NCBI GenBank assembly: GCA_050613775.1
Contig: JBODTK010000110.1
Coordinates: 186,001 to 250,000, forward strand
Reading direction: 5' to 3'
Source: Neocallimastix sp. 'constans'
Taxonomy: Eukaryota
DNA: 64,000 nt
Every line of letters starts with the position of its first letter. The stretch's first letter is position 1. Position numbers and translations under genes: made by a program. Under the pieces are notes generated by a model. It worked only from the letters and a program-made list of their open reading frames with translations. It was not told the origin of the DNA and did no database searches. Shown piece after piece: positions 1 through 15,087 of this stretch.

Positions 1-1813
1 ATAATAATAATAATAAAATAACAATTAATAATTTTGTATATATAATAACCAGTGTTTAACAAACATATAAAAGAAATATTAATCAATAATACTTTTAAAC
101 GGGAATAAATATTCAAAAGGAAAAAATAAAAGCAAAAAGACAAAAAATAAAAGGTGTACAAAAAAAAAAAAAAAAAAAAAAAAAAACATTAATAACGACA
201 AAAAGCAAAAGTTCCTATTTATAAATATATATATATATCAATAATATTTTTTTTAATTTCATAAAGAAATAGTATTATTGGTATATGTTATATTTTTTTT
301 TTAAAAAAAGGTAATTATTTTTATTTACATATTTATTTTTTTTTTAAAAAGAAAAAAATTAAAAACAATTCATTTAATATTTATAAAAAAAATAATGAGA
401 AAAATAAATATAAGATATCAAAATAGTATATTTAAATAGTAATAGTAACAATTTTCAAAAAAAAAATATAAATATAAATAACAATAAAAATTAAAAAAAA
501 AAAAAAAAGTAATGACAAAACAACAATATATCAAATAATGAAATTAAAAAAAAAATATAAATAAATATTTATTTAAGAGGTCAATGAGAAATGAAATTAA
601 ACATATTTAAAAAGAAAAATTGAAAAATTAATACATCAGTCATTATAAGATTCAATAATTTATTTTTATATTTTTCAATTTAAGACATAAATATCATAAA
701 TCACTGATTTAAAAAGTGAAATTATTTATTATTAAGTTTATTAATATTATTATTTGTGTTTTTTTAGTTTAGGTATAATTTTATTATTTTTTTTTTTTTT
801 GTAATTTTTTTAAATTTTTTATTATTTAAAAACTTTATGAAAAAGTCATTACTATTCTACAATATATAAAAGAATATATTATTTTATATTAATATATATA
901 ATGAAATATACTATTATTATACGTAAATTATTACGTTATATTTCCTTTTTTATATAAAATTTTTTAAAATATATTAAATTAATAGAAATTAAAGTTATGT
1001 TTTTATATTATGGAATAAAAAGATTATTCAAGGTATCACAATAAGCCTAACAAAATAATATTAAATAATATATAAATAATTAATTGATAATATATATGAA
1101 ACTATTTAAAATAATATTATATAGAAATTCTTTTTAAATATTATTTATTTTATCCAATAGAATTAAAGAAAAATTAAAATTTCATATTTTGAACTTTAGT
1201 TAATAATATATTTACAAATAATTAATTATTAAAATAATAATATCTTAATATATCTTAATATATCACAAATTCAAACAATTAACTAGATATATTGTATAAT
1301 AGTCGATTATAATATATTTCAACATATATTATAAAATTTTAATAATTTTTTGTATCCTATTTAGGTTTTGTTATAGAAGTAAATAAATAATAGAATCGAA
1401 TTATTATTCAGTATAATAATATATTTACAATTATATTATTCAATATAATAGAGTATAATATTATATAATCATTTATATATTATATAGTATTCATTAATAT
1501 AATTAATTTTTTTTTTTCGTTTATACCTTTTCCATTTTTTTTTTTATTTTTTCTTTACTTTGTTTTTATTTTTATTTTTTTTTTTTATTATTAATTATTA
1601 TTTAGTTCTATAATTTTGAAAAAAAAGAGGAATTGAAAAAAAAAAGAAGATAGATAAAAAAAAAAAAAAGCAAAAGAAAATTTAATAAATTATTTAATAA
1701 TATTATTTTTTTTAAAAAGAAAAATAATAATTAAATAATTGTTAAATATTCTTTGGAAAGGGTGAAGAAAAAAAGGAACTATCTCAATAAATTAAATTCC
1801 TCTTTTTTATTTT

Positions 1814-1844
<31 letters not shown>

Positions 1845-2085
1845 GATTTTTATTTTTTAAAGTAATATTATTATTATTTAAAATCAAAAATTATATTTTA
1901 CATTGTATATTATATATATTAAACATATCATTAAAAAGTTAACCTTTATATTATATTTTAATCTTTATTAATAAAAAGAAAAAAGGAAATCTTATTTTTG
2001 TTATATATATAAAAGAAAAGAAAAAGAGCAATAGATATAATAAAAGAATAAAATTAATAAACAAATTCAAATTCAAATTCAAATT

Positions 2086-2126
<41 letters not shown>

Positions 2127-2540
2127 GTTGACATCATATTTTAATAATAAAAAATATGGAAATTAAGATTATTAAAATAAAACTTAAAACAAAAAAATAA
2201 AAGTAAATAATAATCTAAATAATAACAGGAACAATTCAAAAAAAAAAAAAAAATATTAAAAAAAAATATTAAAAAATATACATGTAGTATATTATTCTCA
2301 TATTTTTAAAGAAAAAGAAAATTGTTTTGTATTTTTTTTATTACTATTATAAATATTTTTTATTATTTTATTTTTTTTTCTAAATGATGAAAATAAAAAT
2401 AATAAAGAAGAGTGATAGATTATTATTAGTATAAGATTTTATTAGAACTAATCTTTTAAACCTTTTTATTTTAAAATTTATATTTAGGTTCTTAAATTAA
2501 GAAAGAAAACTAAATTCTTGTTATATGTATTAAATATTAA

Positions 2541-2572
<32 letters not shown>

Positions 2573-3081
2573 GTTCCCATCATAAAATAGTTATATACTT
2601 TTAAAAAAAAATAAAAAAAAAACATAATAATAAAAAAAAATAATAATATCTATATTAATTAATATAAAAGAGTATTAACTTTAATAAAAAAGTATTTTTT
2701 TATATATTTAAATTTAGATATTTTTCAATTTTAATTGTATTTTATTTTATTTTTATTTTTTTTTTTTTAAAAAAAAAAAAAAATAAAAAATAAAGCTTTA
2801 TATTATTGTCGTCGTTTCGTGCAATAGAATTGATTATAGATATATAATTATATATATAGAAATTCTTCAAAGGAAAATAAAAACTTTTTTTTTTAAAAAA
2901 TTATAATTTTCTTTTAAAATAATATTTTATTTGTAGACCAATACGTAACACACATACCAAAAAAATAAAAAAAAAAAAAAAAAAAAAAAAACTACAAATT
3001 TATCACATACAAAAGTAAAATTATAATTTTTTTTTTTTTTTCAATTTTTATTTTTATTTTAATTTTATTTTCAATTTAATA

Positions 3082-6000
3082 ATGGAGAAAACTGAAAATA
3101 ATAACGCTCGGGAAGGTACTTTTACAAGTATAAAAAATAGCTTGGGTTCACCTTCGGTTATATATAACCCAGAAAGTCAACTTTTAAATGAAATGATAAA
3201 AGATAGTAACACTTTTCAAAGTAAAAGATCATCATTGTCTATGAATTCATTTTTAGATGATAGTCAAGATCATGATAACAATAAAATTTCATATACTAAT
3301 CCTTTTAGTAATAATATAGCAGAAGAATTATCAGCAGAACTTAGTAGAAGATTTATACTAGATAGTGAAGATGAAAGTGCAACTGAGGAAAATAGTAAAG
3401 ATGTTAATGAACTGTTATTATTTAAAAGAAAATTAAATCCAAAAGCACCTGAAAGTACTATAAGTGAAAATGATGCTCTTTCCTCAATATATACTGATAA
3501 TGAATATGGTACCGAAACTCAAACAGAAACACAATCCGAATATAGTGTTAATTCTTCTAAAGATTTCAAATTAGAAAATGAACCTTTAAAAGATCGTATA
3601 TGGTATTATAGAAAACCGCCAACGTCAAATGAAGATTATGGTCATGTAGCAAATAATAAAGTCAATCATGACCCATCGGATTCTGATGACTCCAGTACTA
3701 TGGATGATAGTACTGCAGCCATCATGCAATTGAAGCTTCATCATTATGTTAGTACTAATAATTTAAAGGTGAAAAAGGATAATAATTCTATTGTAAAGAG
3801 AAGAACTACAATTTCTTATTCTAGATTTAAACCAAATTTAAATACAAACTTTGATTTTAATCATGATATTAATGATATACCATTATTTTCCAATAATGAA
3901 TTTAAAACCGAAGCTAAAGAAAATTATCAAATTACGGATACCACTTTTGAGGATTATAATACTTCATTATTATTAAATATGACTGGTGATGCTTCAAGGA
4001 AAAGAAGAAGCCAACTTAATCATAGAAGTCGTACATTTTCACAAGCAATGGTTAATGAGCATTCATCAACATTTTCACCGCCCCTTTCATCAAATTCATT
4101 TAAAAAAATTACTTCAAATAATAATAATAGTAATAATTCCTTTTCTAATATTAGTAATAGTAATAAGAAACAGCCCCAATTAAATAATCCAATGGGTCTT
4201 AATTCTGTTAGACCAGGACACGGAGGTTCCAGTGGTAAATCAGAAAATAATATTCAAAACAATATAGAAACGGCTACTGTAGATAATTCTAATCAATTAT
4301 TTAAGGTTTTATTAATGGCCAAAGATCATATTCTTTCCTTGGGAGGAAAAATAAAGAGAACCAATTCTATTCGATCTACCGCCTCAAAACGTTCATCCAT
4401 TAGAAAATATCAAAAGAATCCTAAAAGACATAACACTCGTCGTCGTAGTAGATATTCTCTGAAGGGTCATAGAAAAAGTTCTAAACAACAAAATTATCAT
4501 TCAAATCTTCATGATCAAAGTGAAGATGAAATGACAACAATTTCTAGTACTACTGATGCCGATAAATCAATTAATAGTATCACCTCTCCATTAAGAAAGA
4601 AATCATCAAACTCGGGCTATTTAAAACCATATATAGGAAAAAAATCAAGTGGAATACTCTCTAGAAATAGTAGTTTATTAAGTGCCAGTACGAAAAGATC
4701 AAGTTTATATGGTAAAAGTAAATTTTATCAAAATGATCATTCCATTAATTATTCTGCAAGTAATCTTTCAGAAAGTAGTGCAGGTATTGATTTAGATGAA
4801 GCAAAGAAATATGATGAGTCCTTTGATTTAGATGTTCAAAATAATTCAAAAAATGGTATTTATTATTATTTTATTAATATGATTTACCTTTAATTTTTAT
4901 TTTATTAGATTTTATTCAATTTCATTTCATTTCGTTTTATTTTATTTTATTTAATTATTATTATTATTTTTTTTTTTTAGATTAAAAAAAAAATATACTA
5001 TATTTATGTTTTATAATTATGAAATATAATTATATTTTAAAATTATATTTTATATTTATTATTTATATTTATATTTTATATTTACATTATTTATTTTATT
5101 ATTTTATTAATACGCTGTTATATATATTTTTATTAAATCATTATATATATTATTTAATTTATTATTTTATTAATATGATATATGTTTTTATTAAATCGTT
5201 ATATAAACTATTTAATTTGGTATTTTATTAATAATTTTTAATTAAATATTTATAATATTTACTTAGATAAACCTGGTGTTTATGGTGTTTATCCTGATAG
5301 TTATTACAGTGAATATCATGGACCTACTGCTTCTAGTGTAGATGGAAGATCTTCTATTTATGATTATGATGAGGAAGAAGAAGAAAGTGTTGTTTCTGAA
5401 TCAGATAATATTTTATCTTCATATACCACTGGTGGAGAAACCTATAATGATATTTTTGACATTCATAATAGATTAAATGTGAAACCACTTGAACCTTTAA
5501 AGAATGAATCAGCAATGGTCTCTAACGACAAAACAACAAAAACTACTTTAAATAATAATAATAATAGCATCACTAATGATAAGACAGAATCTGATACCGA
5601 AACTAAAAGAGAAGATATTAATAGAAAAGTATTAAAGAAAAATTTATCATCCTCTACAATTGAAACTAATCTTTCTTCAGACAGTTTAACCCCAACCATT
5701 ACTAATTCTAATGTTAATCATTTAAATGATAATGAAACTAAATCTGAATATACAGCCGATAGAACAACTATTACAGGATCTGTTTATGGTGATAATAAAA
5801 GTAATGCTCCAAATCAAGGTATTCAAAGAATAGGTAATACCAATAATTATGAAGCGTTCAGTAATTTTGTTGGAATTAAACGTAACTGGGATGAAGAAAC
5901 AGCAAGCACTCTTAGTCGTTTTAATGAAAATGAATCAAGACATCCAATAGAAATTGCTTCCATGCCTGAAGGTATAAGAGATTCAAATAATTATCCTACT

Positions 6001-7719
6001 ATTAAACAAATACCCCTACCATACTATAGATATGGTGTTTATATGTATATTACTGATCCGGTTATAGTTCAGACTAGAACTATGATGGAAAGAATGTTCT
6101 CAGCTCATACCCTTTACACAATTACTGTAAAACTTTTAAGACCCAATCTTCCAATGTACAGAAATGATAATATATGTACTTTTACCGTTCATAAACGTTA
6201 TCGTCAATTTAGATCTTTCTATAAAGAAATTCATAAAAAATATAAGGATACTATAAATGATTGGCCAGAATTTCCGAAGAAAACATTCTTTGATCGTTTT
6301 GACTCTGATACCATTAAAAATAGAGCATTTGCCTTTTCTTCCTTAATGAGTTTTGTCTCTCTTCATCCTCTTCTCTATAATTGTCCTGTATTGTTAACCT
6401 TTTTAGAAATTACTGGTAGCATGAATAACCCACTTTCTAATATAAATTCTAATATTAGTAAACGTAAAGGTACATTTGAAAATACAAATCAACCCATTGA
6501 AGGAAAAACTATTCAATTTGAAGGAAGAAATGTCGCACCATCTATTCCAAAGATTTTTGGTAGCTTAGGTAGACGTCAATATCCACCCGGTTTTTACGGT
6601 CAGCCTCCTCAAGGACAGTCATATTATGAACAAAGTCTCTCCTACAATAATAATAATGTCAATAATATGCAACTACAAAGAAGATCAATGTATGGAAAAA
6701 TAGAAAATAACTATTATAATCCTGATTATTATTCCAGTTTTGGAAGACCACAACTTTCAAAGATGAGAACAACTGAACTTTTAAGAAATAGAAATTCCCT
6801 TTATTCTAATTTATCTGCTACAGAAATTGAACGTATTAATAGAAATGATCATGATACTTCTACTATTGCAACTATTAAACCATCGGCTAAAGAAGTTTCT
6901 TCAACCACTCCAAAAGTAAAAGCAACCGATTCTAAAAATAGTAAAGATCTTTCTGAATCAACTTCATCTACTACAACTACTGCTACATTATGCAAATCAA
7001 CTGCTAATCCTTCAATTTCCTCTAATGAAAGTATTAAAAAAGAAAAAAATCAATCACCATCACAGTTAGAACAATCACAACAACAATATTCGAATGATCA
7101 AAAGTTACATATTTCATCTACTTCTTCACCTTCTTCATCTAATGCTCCAACCCCAAAACTTTCTTGCCATAATACTTCAAGAATTGAAAGTCAAGACTCA
7201 TTAAATAATTTATTATCTACTCCTACATCCTCATCCATTAATTTAAAAAATGATATTAATAATCCTAATAGTTCATCAAGTACTACCACTGAATTAGAAA
7301 AAATACCCAATAATATTAACTCTAATATACCAAATAAAACAATGGATAGTAAAAATACCAATAATACTAATAATACCAATTCTAATCTCATTGATATTAC
7401 GTCTAAAAGTAGTTCACCAACATCAAGTTCATCTAATACTAGTAATTCAACTGCAAAAGGAAAAGATGTTTCTCAAAGTAATGATAATTCAGAAAATAAA
7501 GATACTATCCAATCCATTATTCCAAGACCAAGACCTAGACCAAGACCAAGAAATCCAGTTGTTTATAGAAATATGGATGAAATGGATCTTAATTATATGC
7601 CAGTATCAAGATATAGTCATTATCAACAAATTAAAGAAATACCTGGATTTCAATATTTAATATCTGAATTTCCAAAACTTAGAACCACTCAAAATAAACG
7701 TTATTCCAGTATATTTTAA
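3082..7719 (+). CDS. PX (Phox homology) domain protein, 2 exons (3082-4855, 5267-7719), ~1408 aa, mostly Ser/Asn-rich low complexity
   Basis: ORFs 3082..4893 and 5479..7719 join in frame across a GT(4856)...TTAG(5266) intron, giving ...NNSKN-D-KPGVYGVY.... A PX-like motif lies at ~6050-6410: HTLYTITV...VHKRYRQFRSFYKEIHKKY...WPEFPKKTFFDRFDSDTIKNR...HPLLYNCPVLLTFLE. Confidence 0.85.
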
Positions 7720-8759
7720 GGAAAAGAAATATTTAAGGAAAAGAAGGAAAAAAATATATATATTATATATATATATTTAAGAGATAATGTAATAGTCAAA
7801 AAAATTAATTAAATATATAAAGGAAAATTAAGAGAGAAAAGAATAAGAAAGAAAGATGAATGAGAAAGGAAGATGATCATTTGAAAAATAAAAATATATT
7901 AATAAAATTATTTAAGGGAAAGAATATTTTAATATAATATAATAATTTATTATAATAAAATATAATATAATATAATATAATATTATATAATAAAAATAAA
8001 GTATAAAAATAAAATAAAATAAAATAAAATAAAATAATTTAATTATGAATAAATAATAAATTGAATTTAAATTATTGGTTATTCAATTTTGATTTTATTT
8101 TATTAATTATATTTTATTTTTTTTTTTTTTTTTTTTTATTTTATATTTATATCAAATTATATATTTATATTTATATTTAATTTTATATTTATTATTTTTT
8201 ATTTTAAAATGATGATTTTTCTTTTTGATCAAGGAGAAAAGACAAAAAAAAAAAAAAAAAAAAAAAATTCTTTTAATAATTATATATATATATATTTGAA
8301 TATTTTTTATATAATTTTATTTTTATCATACCTGACATATACTCATATACTAATCCATTAAAATAATAAAAAAAAAAAAAAAAAAAAAGTTATATAGTAA
8401 TAGTAATAATAATATATTAATATCGAATATTATTAATATTAATAATAATCTAATATATTTGAAATAATTAATATATATATAATTATGTATATATATAAAA
8501 CAAAACAATTTTTATATTAATTATAAAGAAATAATTAATAATATATAAACAATAATAAAAATAATAAAAAAAATAAAAAATAAAAAATTAAAAATAAGGA
8601 AAATAAGATAATAAAAAAAAAAAAATAAAATAAAAATAAAATAAAAAAAATAAAAAAAAAAAAAAAAATAAAAAAAAAATAAAAGAAAAAATAAAAAAAT
8701 AGAATATAAAAAAAAAAAAATAGAATGAAAATAATAAGTGTCTTGATATAAATTTAACT

Positions 8760-8900
<141 letters not shown>

Positions 8901-9214
8901 TTTATTTTTATTTGATATATATATGATATATATATACATATATACATATATATTAAGTTTATTGTTTTAACTAGATTGAGATTATATTTATTTTTATTTA
9001 ATAATAAATAAAACAATGATTACTTTTTTTTTTTCTTTTTTTTTTTTTTATTATTATTTTTTTAAATAGTTAAATGAAAATGTATTATTTTACTATATTA
9101 TATTATATTATATTAAAAAAAAATTCAAACTTATCCTTAAAACGATTAATATATAAAGTATTAAAGAATATATTCCAGTGATATAAAATAGAGTTATAAA
9201 TATATTAAAATATA

Positions 9215-9252
<38 letters not shown>

Positions 9253-9640
9253 AAAGCAATTAATATTATATTAAAATCAAAATCCGGTTAAAATATATAT
9301 ATAAATATATAATATAACCACTATTTTATTTATTTATTTATTAATTTATTGATAAACGAATAAAAAGGGGCTGTAACCAAGGGCTTAATGATGCTCAAAA
9401 AACATTTACAATACACAAATTGAATAGTCTGGAAAAGATTAATCATGATAGTTTAAGAAATAGTATGAAAATTGAAACTGGCCTACAAACCGAAAAATAA
9501 TAAAAAATAAAAAAAAAAAAAATAAATAAAAAAATAAAAATAAAAAAAAAAAAAAAATTCATTATTTAGTCTAACATCAACATCAAATCAGATTATAACA
9601 AAAAAAGTTATAATTTTTATTATTATATATACTATTTAAT

Positions 9641-10369
9641 TTTCATATTTTAGAATATGAAAATCTCATAAACAGGTATATTTATACATTCCTTCTTGGG
9701 GGAATTTCAGCTTTAGATGAGCTACAATTCCATACTGGGGAACAGAGAGACATTTAAGTAAACAACTCCTAAAAAGTTCACAGGGGTCTACTGTTCCGTA
9801 TATTGTGGGGCTTGCGGAATACCTTGCTAATGCAATACTAATCATCAGTAGCTCTCTTGAGTTACTTTTTGAGAGTTTTAGCAAAAATACTTTCATTACC
9901 AAGAGTACCGAAGTCGTACCGAAATGGCAAAGGAATAGTACAGTTAGAAGTCCTGTTAATTCTCATCAATACACATTAACTAACAGTACAGTTCCGAACA
10001 CAGAACCTATAGTAAGTAATTCAACTTTTGATGATCTTTCATGTGGTTCAGGGGAGAGTTTAGTGGATATCACACTATCTATTTGAAAGATGTTACTTCT
10101 TTGTTTAATTATTTTAGATTTAACTGGTGATCATGTTACTACTCGTAGTTTACATCACACAGAATTTTTTTTTGACTTTTGAACTTATTTTTATTCTTTA
10201 TTACATTAAATTTTCTTTGATTTAATGTTTTTATTTTTATTTTTTTTTTTTTTTAATCTTTTAATTATATAATTATTTTTATAATTAAATGTAATACATA
10301 AAAATATTTTAATCTATTTAATAAAGCACTGGAAGTGTATTCTCTTCCTAGTCTAAAAAAAAAAAAAAA
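9641..10369 (+). mobile_element. 5'-truncated LINE copy (ORF C-terminus, 3' UTR, poly(A))
   Basis: Translates to NRYIYTFLLGG...(frameshift)...YIVGLAEYLANAILIISSSLELLF..TKSTEVV, homologous to the C-termini of the LINE ORFs at 34305 and 32213. Ends AATAAAGCACTGGAAGTGTATTCTCTTCCTAGTCT(A)n, like the tails at 32066 and 39269. Possible one-mismatch TSD: ATACTATTTAAT (9629-9640) / ATACTTTTTAAT (10369-10380). Confidence 0.88.
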
Positions 10370-10970
10370 TACTTTTTAATATTTTATCTAATACAAAATA
10401 TATTAAAAATTCCACATTTATGAAAATTCCATCTCTTCTATAATATTTCTATTTTTTTATTTGTTATTATTATTTATTATTTTTTTTTTCTTGGTTCGAA
10501 GGAGAATTTAATGCACTTTAAATCTAATTATTTTTTTTTTGTTTGTTTGTTTGTTTATTTGTTTTTTAGATATAATTTATTTTTATAAAAAATTATTTAA
10601 TAAATATGTATATATATTTTAATATACATTTTTCATTATATTTTAATTTCAATTATCTATTTATTATTATTACTGTCGTATTTTAATATTATTAATTAAT
10701 TAATATATTTATTTTAAACTATAAATAACTAAAAACAATGACCATATTATTTTACAAAAAAAAAAAAAAAAAAAAAAAAACTTGAATATACCATTAAAAC
10801 AATATCGTTGGATACAATCAGAATGCTCCATAGAATAGTCTCTATTAGTACACATATACACAGATATTTATAGAGTAATATTAAATTCAAATTTTTATAA
10901 TAACAATTATTATTAAATTAGATACTTATTTATTATTATTTTAAATAGTAATATTAAATTCAAATTTTTG

Positions 10971-11192
10971 TATTATTCATTTATTTATTATTTTTTGTAT
11001 TCTAATGAATATTTATTCATTTATTTATTATTTTTTGTATTCTAATGAATATTTATTCATTTATTTATTATTTTTTGTATTCTAATGAATATTTATTCAT
11101 TTATTTATTATTTTTTGTATTCTAATGAATATTTTTTCATTTATTTATTATTTTTTGTATTCTAATGAATATTTATTCATTTATTTATTATT
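10971..11192. repeat. Tandem minisatellite, 40-bp unit, ~5.5 copies
   Basis: Unit ATTTATTCATTTATTTATTATTTTTTGTATTCTAATGAAT repeated head-to-tail, almost identical. Confidence 0.9.
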
Positions 11193-12791
11193 ATTATTAT
11201 AAATTTTACTCTAAATTCTTCTTCCTATTATTATTCATTATTCGTTTACATTATTATTATCATTATTATAATAATCATATTTATATATTTAAAATAATAA
11301 ACTTTTTTTCTAATTCTAAATATTTATGATATATGGATCTATGATTTATAATATTAAATTATTTATTTTTTTTTTTATTTTTTATATTTTTATTATTTGC
11401 TTCTTGATAAAGCGCTTTTTTTTTTCCAAATTTATTTTACTTTTATTTTATTTTTAATATTAAAAAACTATATTAATAATTAATCAATATATAGTTAACA
11501 CTCTAAATAAAAACTAAGATACAAGTTATTTTTCATGTTATAAAATTACTATTATTATTTACAATAGTCATTTATTATGAATAAAAAATATAATTATAAA
11601 TTACAATAAGAAATAATTTCATTTTTTTAGTTGTTATGAAACAATTAGGTTAACTCAAGGTATTTATATTAGTATATACAGTTTAACATAAATAACTAAA
11701 GGATTCTTATTGGAACTAAAAATAAAAAATAAAATTTAATTCTTAATATTAAATTCATATATTATCTCCAATAATATTAATTATTTCTTTTGATGTAATA
11801 CATTAAAGTAGTAAAATAAAAAATTATTATATAATTAATGCATAATTAAAAGTTAGGTTTTTAAACATTTTTAAGAGAAATAAATAAAAATATATGTTAA
11901 TAAGTGTGTTAATTATTTAAATATTGCTTAATTTTCAATATTTAAAATACTTTTTTAAAAATTTTATCCATTGAGATATTTTTCATATAATTTTTTAAAA
12001 AAATTTTTTTTTGAAACATGTTACACAATTTGATTAAAAAAGAGTCTTTTTTGGTATTAAAATTACTAATTAAAATTTTAATCAATATAATATTTATTAT
12101 TACAAACAATTATTACTTAAATAATTATACTTTTTTTTTTTTTCCAATATTTTATGTAGTTTTATAAAAATTTAACCTATATTTTTAAATAATTTCATTA
12201 TATATAATAATATTAATATTATTATTATTAATATTAATAAATGAAAATATATTATATGAATTTAAATTCATTACTTATTGTTAGTATTGTGAATTGCCTT
12301 TTCTTTTATATTTTTCATTATTTAATTTATTTATTAAAGATGTAATATATATATAAAGAAAATACATTTCTGTATTTATTGAATACTTAACGTATATGTG
12401 AGTCTGTATTATTTATATCCCCAGTATAGTTGATAATTATTTAATATTATAATAATAAATAAATATCGATGTCTCAACCGTTATTTTTTTAAAAAAAAAA
12501 AAAAATTACAAAAACAAAACAGTTTTTTCTTAATAAATTATTAAATTAATATTTTTTAATTTATATATAATTGAATTTATATTATTCAAATTGTTTCCCC
12601 CAAAAAAAAAACTTAACAAAGTTGAATTAGAAGAAGAAAAAGAAAAAAAGGAAAAAAGGAAGAAAGATATATGAAGTCTTCATTAACATAATAATCATCT
12701 TTTAATAACTTTATTATTTAAATTTAAGTATTATTTTTTTTTAATGATCTATTAATCATTGATTCTAAAAATAAAAAAAAAAAAAAAATAA

Positions 12792-12919
12792 ATGAATATT
12801 TAAAATACTAATGGTTTCAAGAGATGTTTCCCAGTAATTGGTGAATGTTGTTGCTGTTGCAAGCCAAAAACTTCAGTCATGGTCTATACAGTTTTGCCTT
12901 TAGTAAGTATTTATAAAAA

Positions 12920-12953
<34 letters not shown>

Positions 12954-13854
12954 TTATATATAAATTAAATAAATAAATAAATAAAAGAAGTCTTATTTAT
13001 AACAAAAATAATATTTTTTTTATAAAAGATTGTCATAGCAATTGGTCTCATCAATTCAGGATTAAGTAACGTAATGTTTGCTTTTTTTTTCTGTTGTAGC
13101 CGGTGCCTTGAGTTTTGTTTTCTATGTAATGGACGCTTGTATTATTATTACTCTTATATTATTAATTTTTGGAATAGATAAAAGTAAGTAAATTTAAAAA
13201 AAAAAAATTTTTTTTTATTATAATATACATATTAAACTTTTTATATTGATAATTTAAATATATATATATATATAGATATAGATATTTATTAAACCTTTTT
13301 ATACCAATTATTTAATTTAATATTTCATTTTTATAAATATAAAAAGAATAAAATATCATTGATGAAGCCATTTAAGATTATTTTCATAATCTATTTCATA
13401 TTTGAAGTTGCATACTTTATTTATTCAGTAAACATGACGTATAACGATGATTACGTTAAATGGGTTGCAAGAAAAACAAATACAAATATTGATATTGAAG
13501 GAAAATATAAAGAACAATTTGATTATGAAAGAAATACAACAATGGGTGTACTACTGTCATAGGACAAATTATTTTCTTCGATCTTATGGTAATTATAGAA
13601 TTTATAGAATTTTATTATTATTTAAATAATTGTATATTTCTTTTAATTATATATATATAGTAAATAATTGAATGAATATTTTATATTATCTTTTTGTTTA
13701 CTTATTATTATTATTAAAAAAAATATTACTAATATTTTTTTTCAAACAAACAAAATAATAATAGATCTTTTATTACTTAACTACTTGTAACTATATTGAA
13801 GATATTGAAGAACAAATATATAATGAAAGTGATACCAGACAAATTAGAAAATAA
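12792..13854 (+). pseudogene. Frameshifted 4-exon small multi-pass membrane protein with N-terminal Cys cluster
   Basis: Exons ~12792-12902, 13029-~13183, 13347-13588 and 13765-13854 have GT/AG borders. They read NGFKRCFPVIGECCCCCKPKTSVMVYTVLPL / IVIAIGLINSGL..VVAGALSFVFYVMDACIIITLILLIFGIDK / NKISLMKPFKIIFIIYFIFEVAYFIYSV.. / IFYYLTTCNYIEDIEEQIYNESDTRQ. At least 3 frame disruptions are needed. Confidence 0.7.
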
Positions 13855-14973
13855 TTAATATTAGTTTATTATTTTTTTTTTATTTTTATTTGTTATAGAA
13901 TTTTATTTTTTAAAGTTTTATTATATTAATGAATATTGTTAATATTCAAAAAAAATAATTTATAATAAAAAAAAAATAGTTTGTAATAAAAAAAAAAATA
14001 ATTTTTAAAAAAATAAATAATTTATAATAAAAAGAAAAAAAAAAATAAATTAAAATTCATATGTGATTATAAAATAAAATATCTCAATAACATATATATA
14101 TATATAAATAATTCTTTAATAAAAAATTAACAATAAAAAAAAAATGTCAATTCATTGATAAATTTCTTTCTATCATTTATTATCAATATATGTAGATTGT
14201 TTGGATATATATATATAAAATATAGAATCAAAATTTGATATTAAAATTTTATATATAAAAAATATAATTAAAGTAAAAAGCTGTATCTATTTTATTTCTC
14301 TATATTCAAGAGAGAATTTCATGGATGTAAACACATTATAAAACTCTTTTTTTTTTTTTTTTTACAGGTATGTTAACTTTTCTCATCATTTATATATATA
14401 TATATTTTCATCAGAAAAATTTTAATTCACATTAACATCAAAATAACATAAATTATCTTTAAGAATAAAAAAAAAAATTTTTTTTTTTCCATTATATTTT
14501 CATTATTTATATATAATTTTTATTTTTAATCCTTTAAATTTTATATATGTTAATTAAATGTATTAATTAAATTAATATTAATATTATTATTTTTATACAC
14601 ATTTTAATTATTCCTATCTCAAAAAAAAAAAAAAAAATTCAAATAATTCATTAAAACCATTAATAATTAATGTAGTGTTAAAACATATATTACTGATATA
14701 ATATAGATTAATATTATTAAAAATTAATATTATAATTAAAATTGTTAGATTTTCAAACTAAAATTCCTTTCATCAAAATACAAAATTCATTTTTTCGTAC
14801 GAAATATAAAAATTTCTATTACATATTTCCGAATCTTATTTTATATTATTTTATTTTAATTAGATAGTTATTAGTTAATTTAATTTAGCCTTTAAAATAT
14901 AATATTAAATTATTAAAAAGCCCTTTTCCAATAAAAGAAAACAAACAGAAGATGTTATAAAATGATAATAATA

Positions 14974-15027
<54 letters not shown>

Positions 15028-15045
15028 TAATACTCATTTAGTAAT

Positions 15046-15087
<42 letters not shown>

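Noticed and set aside
1..3081. Genes or RNA genes in the long AT-rich stretches (also 47.6-53.3 kb)
   Set aside because: No recognisable coding, tRNA, rRNA or snRNA signal.
4856..5266. Treating ORFs 3082..4893 and 5479..7719 as two genes, and 5019..5231 as a CDS
   Set aside because: An in-frame GT-AG intron joins the two; the small ORF is intronic AT-rich noise.
10971..11192. CRISPR or functional hairpin array
   Set aside because: Identical head-to-tail units without spacers; an ordinary minisatellite.
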